Assembly: GCA_963841435.1 (NCBI GenBank)
Contig: CAWJCS010000006.1
Span: 704,001-768,000 of the forward strand
DNA length: 64,000 nt
Source of the DNA: an uncultured delta proteobacterium
GTDB taxonomy: Bacteria; Myxococcota_A; Polyangia; Polyangiales; Polyangiaceae
Direction: 5' to 3'
Shown: positions 1-9,266 of the stretch, in pieces
How the letters are laid out: the number at the start of each line of letters is the position of its first letter
Numbering within the stretch: position 1 is the stretch's first letter
Made by a program: the position numbers and the translations under genes
Notes under the pieces: generated by a model
The model's database searches: none
Seen by the model: the letters and a program-made list of their open reading frames with translations, nothing else
What the model was told of the DNA's origin: nothing

Positions 1-172
1 GGGGTGTCCGGGCGCCGGGGGCGCAGGAAGCCCCGCGCGCCTTCGGCCGTCAAGATCTCGCCTCGGAAGCGGCGAAACGCAGCGAGGACATCTTCGTGGG
101 CTGCCGCGCGCGGGTACGAAAGGTGCGACTGCCGTCGATCGTGAGGAAACGGAAAGCGTCCCATGCTGCTCG

Positions 173-1063
173 TTAGGGAAAATAGTCGACGGGGAGCTCG
201 TCGACGCGCGGCTCGGCGCGGGGCACGACCACCCAGCTGTCGAAGTCGCCGAGCGGTCGAAAGCCGATGGTTCGATAGATGTGGTTCGAGGTCGCGTTGT
301 TGCGGTCGGCGAACAAGAACACCGAGCGGCGACCGAGATCGAGCAGGCGGCGCGCGAGCGCGGCCGTGAGGGCCGTCGCGTAGCCGCGCCCCCGCGCCTC
401 GGGTGGCGTGTACACCGGGCCGATGGTCGCGCCGGATGGCGTCCTGCGCGACGTCGCTGCGACTGAGCGCGGCCCGTCGTGGTCCCAGACGAGCACTGCG
501 CCCGCGGCCACGCCGCTCGCGGCGGCTCGCGCGGGATCGGGTGTGTGAGGCAGCGCTGCTTCGCGAAAGAAGTCGTCGTAAAACCGGGCAACGATCGCCA
601 CGTCGCCCGGTGCAGCGAGGCGTGGAAGGCCGGGTGGTGACACCGTTTCGTTGAGCTCGTTGAGCTCGTTGAGCTCGTAGACGGTATCGGCCATTCGAAG
701 CATCACCGCATCACCGCGGTGCGCCGCGAGTGCGAGTGCGACGTCGCGACCGTGCTGACCCGGCCCTGAGGCACCGTCGGGAACCTCGCCGCGCTCGATG
801 AACCACCTGGCAACGGCTGCCGCAGCCCCCTCGGGCAGGCGCGAGACCGTGACGTAGTGCGGTGCGGTGCGGGCCGCGGCTCCCACGATCTCGTTGCCGT
901 TCGAGACGACGAGCCAGATCGTGCCGGGCGCGGGGTGCGGCACGCCGCGGAATCGGTCGGCGAGGCCGAGCACGAGGTTGTTCTCTGCTTCTCGCTGCAC
1001 GAGCAGCGCCCCAGCCTCGCTAAGAAGCTCTTCGGGACCGACATTCCGAACCGCGAACATCAT
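173..1063 (-). CDS. GNAT family N-acetyltransferase (FR47-like C-terminal domain)
   Basis: C-terminal IGPVYTPPEARGRGYA (acetyl-CoA motif A) and LFADRNNATSNHIYRTIGF (motif B). Confidence 0.88.
   Translation of the reverse strand: MMFAVRNVGPEELLSEAGALLVQREAENNLVLGLADRFRGVPHPAPGTIWLVVSNGNEIVGAAARTAPHYVTVSRLPEGAAAAVARWFIERGEVPDGASGPGQHGRDVALALAAHRGDAVMLRMADTVYELNELNELNETVSPPGLPRLAAPGDVAIVARFYDDFFREAALPHTPDPARAAASGVAAGAVLVWDHDGPRSVAATSRRTPSGATIGPVYTPPEARGRGYATALTAALARRLLDLGRRSVFLFADRNNATSNHIYRTIGFRPLGDFDSWVVVPRAEPRVDELPVDYFP
648..678. repeat. 9-bp in-frame tandem repeat (tcgttgagc x3.4) encoding ELNELNELNE in the GNAT gene
   Basis: Directly visible in the sequence. Confidence 0.85.
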
Positions 1064-1188
1064 GCTCTCCTGAGCGTTCTCGACGCGTCGGTGGGCGCGA
1101 CGTGATGTGTCGTGACCTCGGGCCCTGGCCGGATGTCGAGCGCGTTCGGCGGACGGTCTTGGCTCCGCCGAACGCGCTTCGCGCTCGA

Positions 1189-1758
1189 CTACGCTCCGGA
1201 CGCGCTCGGCTCCGCGCCGGCGACGGCACGGGGCTCGGAGGGCTTCTTGGCCGGTGGGCTCGCTCGGCGCTTGGCCTTGCGGCGCCCCGCGGGCTTCGCC
1301 GTCCGGGTCGTGCCCGCGCGTCGCCGCTTCTGCGGCTTGCGCGAGGTCGCCGCTTTCGCGGGCTTCCCAGCACCGCCGGGGAAGTAGGTGGTGGCGCGCT
1401 TTTCACCCTTCGTCTTGATGCGCTTGTCGGCGACGAGCTTCTTGACGGGCAAAACCAGGTCCTTCGTCGGTACGCCCAGTGCCTTGCCGATCTGCTCGAT
1501 GCGCTGCCCTGGGTTCTTGGCGATGAACTGCCCCAGCCTGTCGACGAGCGCGGCGAGCACGTTCGGATCGCGCTTTGCCCCCTTCGGACGCGATTTGGCC
1601 CTGGGCACGAGCGCAGCCCGTCCGGGGAGCGCCCCCCGCGCTGCCTTCCTGGCGCCGAGCGCGGAGTCGAGCATGTCCACGGCGGAGGCGCGGATCAGCG
1701 CGACAAGCTCGGTTGCGAAGGCTTCGACTCGGGAACGAATGGCGGACTCAACTTGCAT
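1189..1758 (-). CDS. Basic DNA-binding protein: N-terminal helix, central winged-helix-like segment, Lys/Arg/Pro-rich tail
   Basis: IAKNPGQRIEQIGKALGVPTKDLVLPVKKLVADKRIKTKGEKRATTYF reads as HTH plus wing; very basic C-terminus; AGGAG RBS upstream. Confidence 0.75.
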   Translation of the reverse strand: MQVESAIRSRVEAFATELVALIRASAVDMLDSALGARKAARGALPGRAALVPRAKSRPKGAKRDPNVLAALVDRLGQFIAKNPGQRIEQIGKALGVPTKDLVLPVKKLVADKRIKTKGEKRATTYFPGGAGKPAKAATSRKPQKRRRAGTTRTAKPAGRRKAKRRASPPAKKPSEPRAVAGAEPSASGA

Positions 1759-1879
1759 TCAGGTGCTCCTTTGGGCGCATTCTCGCGCGGGAAGGGAGCC
1801 ATAGCGCTCCTAGACGCAGTTTTCCATCCCCCTGCACGCCAATCCGGCTCGCCAGGATTCGACTCCTGGACGGCGATCA

Positions 1880-2704
1880 TCAAAACGCGTAGCCGAAAGC
1901 CACCGACAGGACGATGCCACTACCGACGAGCGCTTTCACGTCGTCGTATGTTTCTTCGGAGCCGGATACATAGACCGTATTTTTGCGAAGCAGAATCGCG
2001 TAGCCAGCCGTCCCGAGGAATGTGAAGCCGCCGTCGCTCGTGTAGTTCACGCCGCCCACGAGCTGCACGAACGGTGATCCTTTCACTTCGACCGTCGCGG
2101 TGCCCTTTTGACCATTCACGTCGAAGGAGTTACCGCCGCTGCCGAGGCCGTACAGCATCCCAGCACCAATCACCGGCGTCCAATTGCCCTCTAGGAAATT
2201 GACGCGAAGCCTCAGCCCGACTTTCAACCCTGCCGCCGACAACCCAAGACCGGTGTCGATGGCGAGGGCGGGGATCGGGTGCGCACTGACGTTGAGCCCG
2301 AGCCCGGCGAGGCCATTCCATCCGAGCTCGCCCCCAATGCTCCAGCGTCGGCGTAGCCGGACCGGTCGAGCGTCATCCCGCTCGAGTGGCGGGGGCGGCT
2401 CGGACACGGGGGCCACTTCGACCGGGCCCGGTGGGGCGGTCGACGCCGGCGCTGCCGGTGCGGCTGCCGCCGTTGGTGCGGCTGCCGCCGTTGGTGCGGC
2501 TGCCGCCGTTGGTGCGGCTGCCGCCGTTGGCGCGGCAGGCGCCGCCCCGGCGGGCTCATCGACCGGGAGCGACCCGGTCGCGGCAGGCGGTGGACTCGGT
2601 GCAGGGGCGGGCGCGGCGGCCGGCGGTGGTGGAGGGGGCAGAGTTTGTGCGTGCGTGGGCGCCGCCAGCAAAAGGATCGAACCGAACCACCAAGATCGCA
2701 CCAT
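1880..2704 (-). CDS. Putative outer-membrane beta-barrel protein with Pro/Ala-rich N-terminal linker
   Basis: Signal peptide MVRSWWFGSILLLAAPTHA/Q, alternating amphipathic strands, C-terminal LSVAFGYAF with terminal Phe. Start trimmed from the ORF-track start at 3127. Confidence 0.7.
   Translation of the reverse strand: MVRSWWFGSILLLAAPTHAQTLPPPPPPAAAPAPAPSPPPAATGSLPVDEPAGAAPAAPTAAAAPTAAAAPTAAAAPTAAAAPAAPASTAPPGPVEVAPVSEPPPPLERDDARPVRLRRRWSIGGELGWNGLAGLGLNVSAHPIPALAIDTGLGLSAAGLKVGLRLRVNFLEGNWTPVIGAGMLYGLGSGGNSFDVNGQKGTATVEVKGSPFVQLVGGVNYTSDGGFTFLGTAGYAILLRKNTVYVSGSEETYDDVKALVGSGIVLSVAFGYAF
2455..2536. repeat. 18-bp in-frame tandem repeat (gctgccgccgttggtgcg, about x4) encoding (APTAAA)n
   Basis: Directly visible in the sequence. 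Confidence 0.9.
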
Positions 2705-2953
2705 CGAAACGCTCCCGTTGGTCCTCCCGTTCGCCCGGTCCAGAGCGCGCGTAAAGGAAAAACGAAAGCATCGGCGGCACCGGCGCGCCTCGCCGCCAGG
2801 CCGTCCCTCGCGCGCTCGGCAGCGAGCGTCGGCGCTTTGCCGCCCGCGCCGCATGGGGTACGCCTCTCTCGGATGACGAGGAGCGAAGGCCGTCGAGCAC
2901 GCCTTCCGACCGACGACCGGCGCCGATGCGCGACCTAGCTCCGTTCCGCCTCT

Positions 2954-4831
2954 TTGCGTCGCGTTTCGGCAGCTTGGCGCGGCGCGCGAGCGACGTTCTG
3001 GGGTCGCTGGGTCGAGCGCGGGCGCCCGCCCTTCGGTCCGCGAGGCTGGGACGTCGCCGGCTGGCTCGCGGTCGCGTTCGTTCTCCTTCTGTTCCAAGGC
3101 GATGGGGTGGCACGGAGCTTCCGGCACACCGTGAAGTCTTATCTGATCAACAACGACGCCCGGCAGCAGATCTTTCCGTTCTTTCGCTACTTCGGTCCCA
3201 GCGCGTTCGATGGCGACTACATCTCGGACTACTACCTCGCTTGCTATCCCCTCGGGTACCGGGGCCTCTACGCGCTATTCGCGTGGTTCGGTGTCGATCC
3301 CCTCGCGCTCAGTCGGCACCTACCGCACCTGCTCTGGCTGCTCACGGTCGTCCTGCTCGGTGCCGCCGCGAACCGGCTCGGTGGCAAGCTTGCGGCCCTC
3401 GCGGCCATGGCCCTGGCGCTCGGGAGCAACGCCTATCTCTGGCGCATTGGCGGTGGCCTACCGCGGGGCTTCGGGTTCCCGATCCTCGCGGGCACGCTGG
3501 TCTCCCTCGCGTACGGCCGCGCGTTCTGGTGCGCGGCGTCAGTCGCCCTGGGTGCGCTGTTTTATCCCGTCTCTGCGGTGATCTCGGGTCTCAGCCTCGC
3601 GGGCATGGTGCTCGCGCCGAAGCTCGTCGGCCTCGAGCCGCCCTCCTGGAGCTGGCCGAGACGCGTGGCGTTCGTCGCGGGGACCGCGCTGCTCGCGGGC
3701 TGCCTCCTCCTGCCGACGGCGCTTGCTTCGAGTCGCTATGGCGGCGTCGTGCGACCCGACGAGACACGCGAGTTCCCCGAGGCCGGCCGCGGCGGGCGCT
3801 ACGACGAGGACAGTCGACCCCCGTTCAAGGGGTTTTTCGTGGGGGCATCCGAAATGGTCGGCCTGACGCTGCTCGGAGCGAGGCCGCCCTGGTCGCACAC
3901 CGCACGCGCCTGGCTCATGGGCAGCGAGGAACGGCGCACGTCCGAGCGCTTTTCGGGCCTCGAGGTCGCGCTCCTCGTCATGGCCCTCACGGGTGGCGCG
4001 GGCCTTTTGCTGCGTCGGTCGCCCGCCCGTCGCGTGCTCGCGCTCGGGGTCGCATCCTACGTTGGCCACGCGCTGGCGAGCGCCGTCGCACCCTACGCTT
4101 ACCTACCGGAACGCTACGTAGCGTATTCGGTGCCGCTGCTCGTCACGTTGATCGTCACGACGTTGATCGTAGGTCTCTTCCCGTTGTCGTTCGACGAGGG
4201 GCCTCGGCGGTGGGTGCGCACGCTCGTCCACGGCGCCTACCTCGCGATGCTGCTCTTTCTGCTCGCGGGCCGTGTCTCACCCGGCATCGGGATGGACGTG
4301 GACATCCGCTCGCGGCGACCCGTTCTCAAGTACGTGGCCCGACTGCCTCGGGACGTGCTCGTGGCGGGCTGGCCCACGGGTCCCGTCGAGGAGATTCCGC
4401 TCTTTTCGCGCCGCCGCGTGCTGATGAACGAGGAGGTTCATCAGGCGTTTCACAAGGGGTACGTCGAAGAGATGCGCCATCGGATGCGCCGTCTGGTTGA
4501 CGCGTACTTCGCGACTTCTTTGAAGCCGATCCTGCGCCTGCGTGACGAGCTCGGCGTGACACACCTCTTGATCCAGCGCTCGCACTTCGGCTCGCGCCCG
4601 CCGCGCTACTTTCGTCCCTTCAACCATTTGATAGCGCGACGTTTGAGTGCCGCGCGCAAAAAAGGTTTCGAGCTGCCGCGGCAAATCGAGGCGTCGAAGG
4701 TGTTCTCCTTTCGCGACTACGTCCTGCTCGATCTTTCGCGTCTCGAGCCCGGGGCCGCTCGTGATCGGTTCGACTCACGGGCGGGCCTCCGGCGACGACG
4801 CCGAAAATGCACGCGATGCCACCGGCGTTGA
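2954..4831 (+). CDS. Polytopic membrane protein, probable GT-C-fold glycosyltransferase-like
   Basis: About 10 hydrophobic segments, acidic motif in the first outside loop (INNDARQQ...FDGDYISDY), soluble C-terminal domain with LGVTHLLI; start uncertain. Confidence 0.55.
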   Translation: MRRVSAAWRGARATFWGRWVERGRPPFGPRGWDVAGWLAVAFVLLLFQGDGVARSFRHTVKSYLINNDARQQIFPFFRYFGPSAFDGDYISDYYLACYPLGYRGLYALFAWFGVDPLALSRHLPHLLWLLTVVLLGAAANRLGGKLAALAAMALALGSNAYLWRIGGGLPRGFGFPILAGTLVSLAYGRAFWCAASVALGALFYPVSAVISGLSLAGMVLAPKLVGLEPPSWSWPRRVAFVAGTALLAGCLLLPTALASSRYGGVVRPDETREFPEAGRGGRYDEDSRPPFKGFFVGASEMVGLTLLGARPPWSHTARAWLMGSEERRTSERFSGLEVALLVMALTGGAGLLLRRSPARRVLALGVASYVGHALASAVAPYAYLPERYVAYSVPLLVTLIVTTLIVGLFPLSFDEGPRRWVRTLVHGAYLAMLLFLLAGRVSPGIGMDVDIRSRRPVLKYVARLPRDVLVAGWPTGPVEEIPLFSRRRVLMNEEVHQAFHKGYVEEMRHRMRRLVDAYFATSLKPILRLRDELGVTHLLIQRSHFGSRPPRYFRPFNHLIARRLSAARKKGFELPRQIEASKVFSFRDYVLLDLSRLEPGAARDRFDSRAGLRRRRRKCTRCHRR

Positions 4832-5040
4832 CGCACGGTGAGCCCGTCCGTGCTGCATGAAAATTTCTAGCCTTGCGCGCGCGCTGCCCATTTCGTTCAA
4901 CAGACCGTGACGTCTTCGGGCGCCAAATGCGTCAACTGCAAGAGGCCCCCGATCGGGCCGGCGTCGGCTCCCTGTGTTGGCGGGCGCTTGGTGCCCATCG
5001 ATGAGTTCCGCGGGGCAGAGCAGAAATGATAATATCCAGC

Positions 5041-6387
5041 ATGCTTCGGACCCCGCTCGTCGTCGCAATCGTCCTCGTGGGCTGCAGCAACGGCAGCGGG
5101 GCCGAGCTCGGTGCCGCGGGCTCGAGCGGGACCGGTGCGGGAGGGACCGGAGTGGAAGGTGCCGGCGCCTCGGGCCTTGCAGGCGCTGAGACCGGTGGCT
5201 CGGCGGGCTCGCTCGCGACAGGAGGTGCCGGCGTCGGCGGGATGTCCGGTGGGGCTACCGGTACGGCCGGAGGAAGCGCTGGCGCCGGGGGCAGCGGTGG
5301 ATCGACGGCAGGCTTGAGCGGTGCATCCGGAACGGGCGGCGCGGCGGGCAGCGACGCAGGTGCGGCCGGTAGCATCGCCGCCGGCGCCGGTGGTGTTGCG
5401 GGCGCGGCCGGCGACGCGGGTGCAGGCGGTGCGACCGGCGGCTCCGCGGGGCAGGGCATGGCGGGCACGGGCGGGGACGCGTGCGACATCGCCGTCTACG
5501 ACCCCAACAACCCTCCGAAGATGCTGTCGCTCTCCGGCAGCCTCGGCACGCACGACCCGGCCGTGCTCCTCGAAGGCGGGACCTACTACCTCTTCGATAC
5601 GGGCCTCGGTGCGAAGACTTCGACGGATCTCTTGTCGTGGCGGCAGGGCTCGGCTCCGTCCCGTCCGAGCTGGGTTTCGCAGGAAGTTCCCGGCGCCACC
5701 AACCTGTGGGCCCCCGATCCGTCGTCGTTCGGCGGCCTGTTCCACCTCTACTACGCCGCCTCGACGTTCGGCAGCAACCACTCGTGCATGGGGCACGCCA
5801 CGCGCGCCAGCATGACCACGGGCTCGTGGACGGACGATGGCGAGCCCGTCCTCTGCTCGAACAACGGCACCAACGACAACTGGAATGCCATCGACCCGAA
5901 CGTCATCGTCGACGGTGACGGGACGCCCTGGCTTGCGTTCGGGAGTTTCTGGAGCGGCATCAAGCTCGTGAAGCTCGACGAAACGGGCCACCGTGCCGAC
6001 ACCCAGGTGCTTTCGATCGCGGGCCGCGGTGGCGGCGGCATCGAGGGGCCGTACATCGTGCGCCGCTGCGGCTACTACTATCTTTTCGTTTCGTTCGGCG
6101 CCTGCTGCAACAGCCCCTGGGACTACGACATCCGCGTCGGCCGCTCGCCGACCGTGACGGGCCCCTACGTTGACAAGGCGGGCACCGAGATGATGTCGGG
6201 CGGCGGCACGCTGCTCGTCGAAGGCAACGGCACGGTAACGGCGCCCGGCCACAACGCCGTGCTCATCACGCCGACTGGCGCGTACAACATCTATCACGCG
6301 CTCAACGCGAACCACGGGAGCGCCCAGCTTCGCATCGCCGAGCTTGCCTGGGACGAGGCCGGCTGGCCCATCTCGGCCGGCCCGTAG
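5041..6387 (+). CDS. Lipoprotein GH43 endo-1,5-alpha-L-arabinanase with Gly-rich linker
   Basis: Lipobox LVGC; HDP, WAPD, NAIDPN, FGSFWSGI, IEGP, CC and PGHN motifs typical of GH43 arabinanases. Confidence 0.9.
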   Translation: MLRTPLVVAIVLVGCSNGSGAELGAAGSSGTGAGGTGVEGAGASGLAGAETGGSAGSLATGGAGVGGMSGGATGTAGGSAGAGGSGGSTAGLSGASGTGGAAGSDAGAAGSIAAGAGGVAGAAGDAGAGGATGGSAGQGMAGTGGDACDIAVYDPNNPPKMLSLSGSLGTHDPAVLLEGGTYYLFDTGLGAKTSTDLLSWRQGSAPSRPSWVSQEVPGATNLWAPDPSSFGGLFHLYYAASTFGSNHSCMGHATRASMTTGSWTDDGEPVLCSNNGTNDNWNAIDPNVIVDGDGTPWLAFGSFWSGIKLVKLDETGHRADTQVLSIAGRGGGGIEGPYIVRRCGYYYLFVSFGACCNSPWDYDIRVGRSPTVTGPYVDKAGTEMMSGGGTLLVEGNGTVTAPGHNAVLITPTGAYNIYHALNANHGSAQLRIAELAWDEAGWPISAGP

Positions 6388-6849
6388 CTACTCCGTGGGC
6401 CTGACGCGGCGCTCGCGGCGCTGCTCGCGTCCGATGAGTGCCGCGAGGTCGCTCACCTGGTCGTGCACGTAGTCGAGCACGTCGTCGAACGAGAGCACGC
6501 CCACGAGGACGCCTTCGGCTGACACCACGGGCACGCGCCGGACGCCCTTCGCGCGCATCGCCACGAGCGTGTCGGAAAGATCGTCGGACGATGTGGCTTC
6601 GAGCACGCCGAGGGTCATCACGTCGTCGACCTTGGCAAGGTGCAAAGCTCGGTCGGTTTGCGCGAGCACGCCCACGACGATGTCGCGGTCCGTGAGCATG
6701 CCGATCGGGCGAGGCGCCGTGCTCGGGCCGTCCACGACGATGACGCAACCGACGTGGCGATCGCGCATCAAGGCCGCCGCCTCGAACACGCTGTCGGTGC
6801 GGCGGACGGTGGCTGGTTGATGACTGGCGTAATCGCTGACCTTGGGCAT
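6388..6849 (-). CDS. CBS-domain pair protein
   Basis: AALMRDRHVGCVIVV, PIGMLTDRDIV, MRAKGVRRVPVV, LVGVLSFDD; AGGAGG RBS before the ATG at 6849. Confidence 0.92.
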   Translation of the reverse strand: MPKVSDYASHQPATVRRTDSVFEAAALMRDRHVGCVIVVDGPSTAPRPIGMLTDRDIVVGVLAQTDRALHLAKVDDVMTLGVLEATSSDDLSDTLVAMRAKGVRRVPVVSAEGVLVGVLSFDDVLDYVHDQVSDLAALIGREQRRERRVRPTE

Positions 6850-6874
6850 GGGCCTCCTAACTTGATTCGGACGA

Positions 6875-6890
6875 AGCAAGAGGCGGACCA
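6875..6890 (-). promoter_or_regulatory. Putative sigma54 -24/-12 promoter of the CBS gene
   Basis: Minus strand TGGTCCGCCTCTTGCT matches GG-N10-GC and is close to TGGCACG-N4-TTGCW; it lies 26 bp upstream of the start codon with the RBS in between. Confidence 0.6.
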
Positions 6891-7245
6891 GGCGGGCGCG
6901 AAGCTTGCACCGGCCGCCCCGAGCGGAGCACGTGGCGGAATCCGCCGATCGTCACTTCGCTTCACGTTTCCGCCATGCGCCAAGCGCCCACGAAGCCGCG
7001 CAGTGCCTGCGCGTCCCGACGCCGAGGTGCACGCTTTGCGCCCGGTGGGCCGCCCGCAATCCCCTTACCGACATCGCGGCATGGGAAGAAAAACATCGTC
7101 CCTTTTCGGGAATGCTCGTAAGCTCACCCGAGACGAGGAGAGAGGTAGCGGTCTCGGTTGGGCCCTGCGCTCTCCGGCGTCCACCATGACCCCCGACTAC
7201 CACAACGAGCCAAGCGCGCTTCCGTGGAGTGCGCGGTCTCGCTTC

Positions 7246-7665
7246 ATGCCGCTGCCGACGATCGTCGTTGCAGGAAACGATCACGATCTTCGCGCCTTCG
7301 TGGCGCGCACTCTCGAAAGTGTCGGCTACCCCGTGCTCGCGTTCGCCCTCAACGAGCGACTGCCGTCGGCGTGCGAGTCGAACCTTTCCGAGATCGGCGC
7401 CATCGTGCTCGACTTCGAGCTCCCCAGCATGACGGGCCTCGACCTCCTGTCCCGCATCCACCGGCTCAAGTCGTCGCTCCCCACCATTTTGTTGTCGACC
7501 GGTAGTGGCGGTCACATCAAGCGTCAGGTGTCCCTGCCGCCGGACACGGCCGTGCTCCAGAAGCCGTTTCTCCCCGCGGAGTTGCTCGTCGAGGTCGACT
7601 CCGCGCTACGGGCGCTCACTCTGCTCGGCGTCGATACGGGTAGCTACTCTCGCGCTGTGCCTTGA
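7246..7665 (+). CDS. Single-domain response regulator receiver (degenerate acidic pocket)
   Basis: IVLDFELPSMTGLDLL (phospho-Asp), ILLST, LQKPF; N-terminal IVVAGND replaces the usual VDD. Start uncertain (7186 possible). Confidence 0.8.
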   Translation: MPLPTIVVAGNDHDLRAFVARTLESVGYPVLAFALNERLPSACESNLSEIGAIVLDFELPSMTGLDLLSRIHRLKSSLPTILLSTGSGGHIKRQVSLPPDTAVLQKPFLPAELLVEVDSALRALTLLGVDTGSYSRAVP

Positions 7666-7813
7666 AGGCGACGGGAGCTCGCCGTTCGGGCCCGCGACGC
7701 GGCGAGTCGCTTCCTCGGCGAAACGGGCCGTCTTCCCTGGCCCGGATCGCCGCCTTGCGCTCTTTCGTAGGCGGCGACGCGCTCGGAGACCGGGCGTGGT
7801 ATATTGAGGGCTC

Positions 7814-9163
7814 GTGCTTCGACCCGCCGCTTGCCTTCGTGCCGCGTCGATCCTTGTGGCTGTCTTCGGACCCACGCTCGCGTGTAGCCCCGCCGCGAAG
7901 GACTCGGACACCACGGGCGGCGTTGGCGGCAGCGCCGCTTCGGGCGCGGGTACCGGCGCGACGATGGGCGGTGGAGCGCCCGGCGGAAGCGCGGGAGCCT
8001 CGAGCGGCGGAGCGTCGGGAACGGCTGCGGGACTCGGCGGCGGCGGCGGCGTGGGCGCGGGCGCGGGCGGTGTGGGTGCAGCCGGCGGAAGCGCCGGGTC
8101 AGTCGGGGGGTTCGGCGGTGCGGCCGGGCTCGGCGGCGGCGCTGGCGATGGTGGTGCTTCGGGTACCGGCGCCGCCGGAACGAGCGGTGACGCGGGTGGC
8201 GGTGCGGGTGGCGCTGCAGGGGCGAGCGGTTCCGCCGGCGATGCCGGCATGGCCGGCAGCGCCGGCGCGGGGGGTGGCAGTGGTCTGCACGGCGGTGCCT
8301 CGGGGGCCTTCGTTTGCGCGCCGGGCGCCACCTACGGTGACCCACTCGCCGGCATGGGCGCCGTCACCGTCATCGGCCCTCCCACGATGGGGACGCCGAA
8401 CTACTTCGCTTTTCTCGAGGGCCCGGTCTGGATCGCGAGCTTGCAGACGCTCTTCTTCTCGGACAATGCCTCCCAGCCCGCCGAGACGATCTGGCAGCTC
8501 GTCCCCGCCACCAGCATGGTCCCCTCCGTGTTCCAGGCACAGAGCTATAGCAACGGGCTCGCCCTCGACGGCGACGATCAGCTCATCATCACCGACGAGG
8601 TGAACAATCGCATCACCCGCCTCGATCCCACGTCGAGCGCCCCGATGCAGACGCTGATCGTCGCCGCCGGCTGCAAGCCGAACGACATCGTCGTGAGGAG
8701 CGACGGCAACATCTACTATACCGCGCCGAACGGCCAGGGGACCGGTTTTTACCGCATCGATCCCAACGGGGCCGTCACCGGGCCGCGCACTGACGTCGGC
8801 GCGCCGAACGGTATCGTGCTCTCTCCGGACGAGGCGACGCTCTACGTGGACGACGTGCAGAACATGAAGATCGCCTCGTTCGCCGTCGCGTCCGACGGCA
8901 CCGTTTCGGCGACGGCGACGCCCTTCGTGACGACCGTATCGAGCACGGCCGACGGCATGTGCGTCGACTGCGCCGGCAACCTCTACGTCGGCACGTCGAA
9001 CGGCGTCGAGGTTTTCTCGCCGACCGGCAGCCCGATCGGCGTGGTGCCCACCGGCTACTCCTCGAACTGCACGTTCGGCGGTCCCGACAGAAAGACGCTC
9101 TACGCGACGTCCCAGGGTCAGCTCAAGGCCGTGACGCTCGGCGTCCCGGGATTGCCCGACTAG
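7814..9163 (+). CDS. Lipoprotein, SMP-30/gluconolactonase/LRE family, Gly-rich linker
   Basis: Lipobox TLAC; EGPVW, SNGLALD, PNDIVVRSDGNIYYT, PNGIVLSPD, DGMCVDCAGNLYV, NCTFGG. Confidence 0.9.
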   Translation: MLRPAACLRAASILVAVFGPTLACSPAAKDSDTTGGVGGSAASGAGTGATMGGGAPGGSAGASSGGASGTAAGLGGGGGVGAGAGGVGAAGGSAGSVGGFGGAAGLGGGAGDGGASGTGAAGTSGDAGGGAGGAAGASGSAGDAGMAGSAGAGGGSGLHGGASGAFVCAPGATYGDPLAGMGAVTVIGPPTMGTPNYFAFLEGPVWIASLQTLFFSDNASQPAETIWQLVPATSMVPSVFQAQSYSNGLALDGDDQLIITDEVNNRITRLDPTSSAPMQTLIVAAGCKPNDIVVRSDGNIYYTAPNGQGTGFYRIDPNGAVTGPRTDVGAPNGIVLSPDEATLYVDDVQNMKIASFAVASDGTVSATATPFVTTVSSTADGMCVDCAGNLYVGTSNGVEVFSPTGSPIGVVPTGYSSNCTFGGPDRKTLYATSQGQLKAVTLGVPGLPD

Positions 9164-9266
9164 CTCGGTTTCCCGGGCACGTGACCACCGGCGCGAGCCG
9201 GCTGGTGCGGGGTGCGGGCGTGATCGGTGATTGGCGCCGGCGGGCTCGCGCAACTTCTCGCTCATC

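Noticed and set aside
1852-1869. CCAGGA-TTCGAC-TCCTGG hairpin resembling a tRNA T-arm
   Set aside because: No acceptor, D or anticodon arms could be folded around it; more likely a simple hairpin after the stop at 1880
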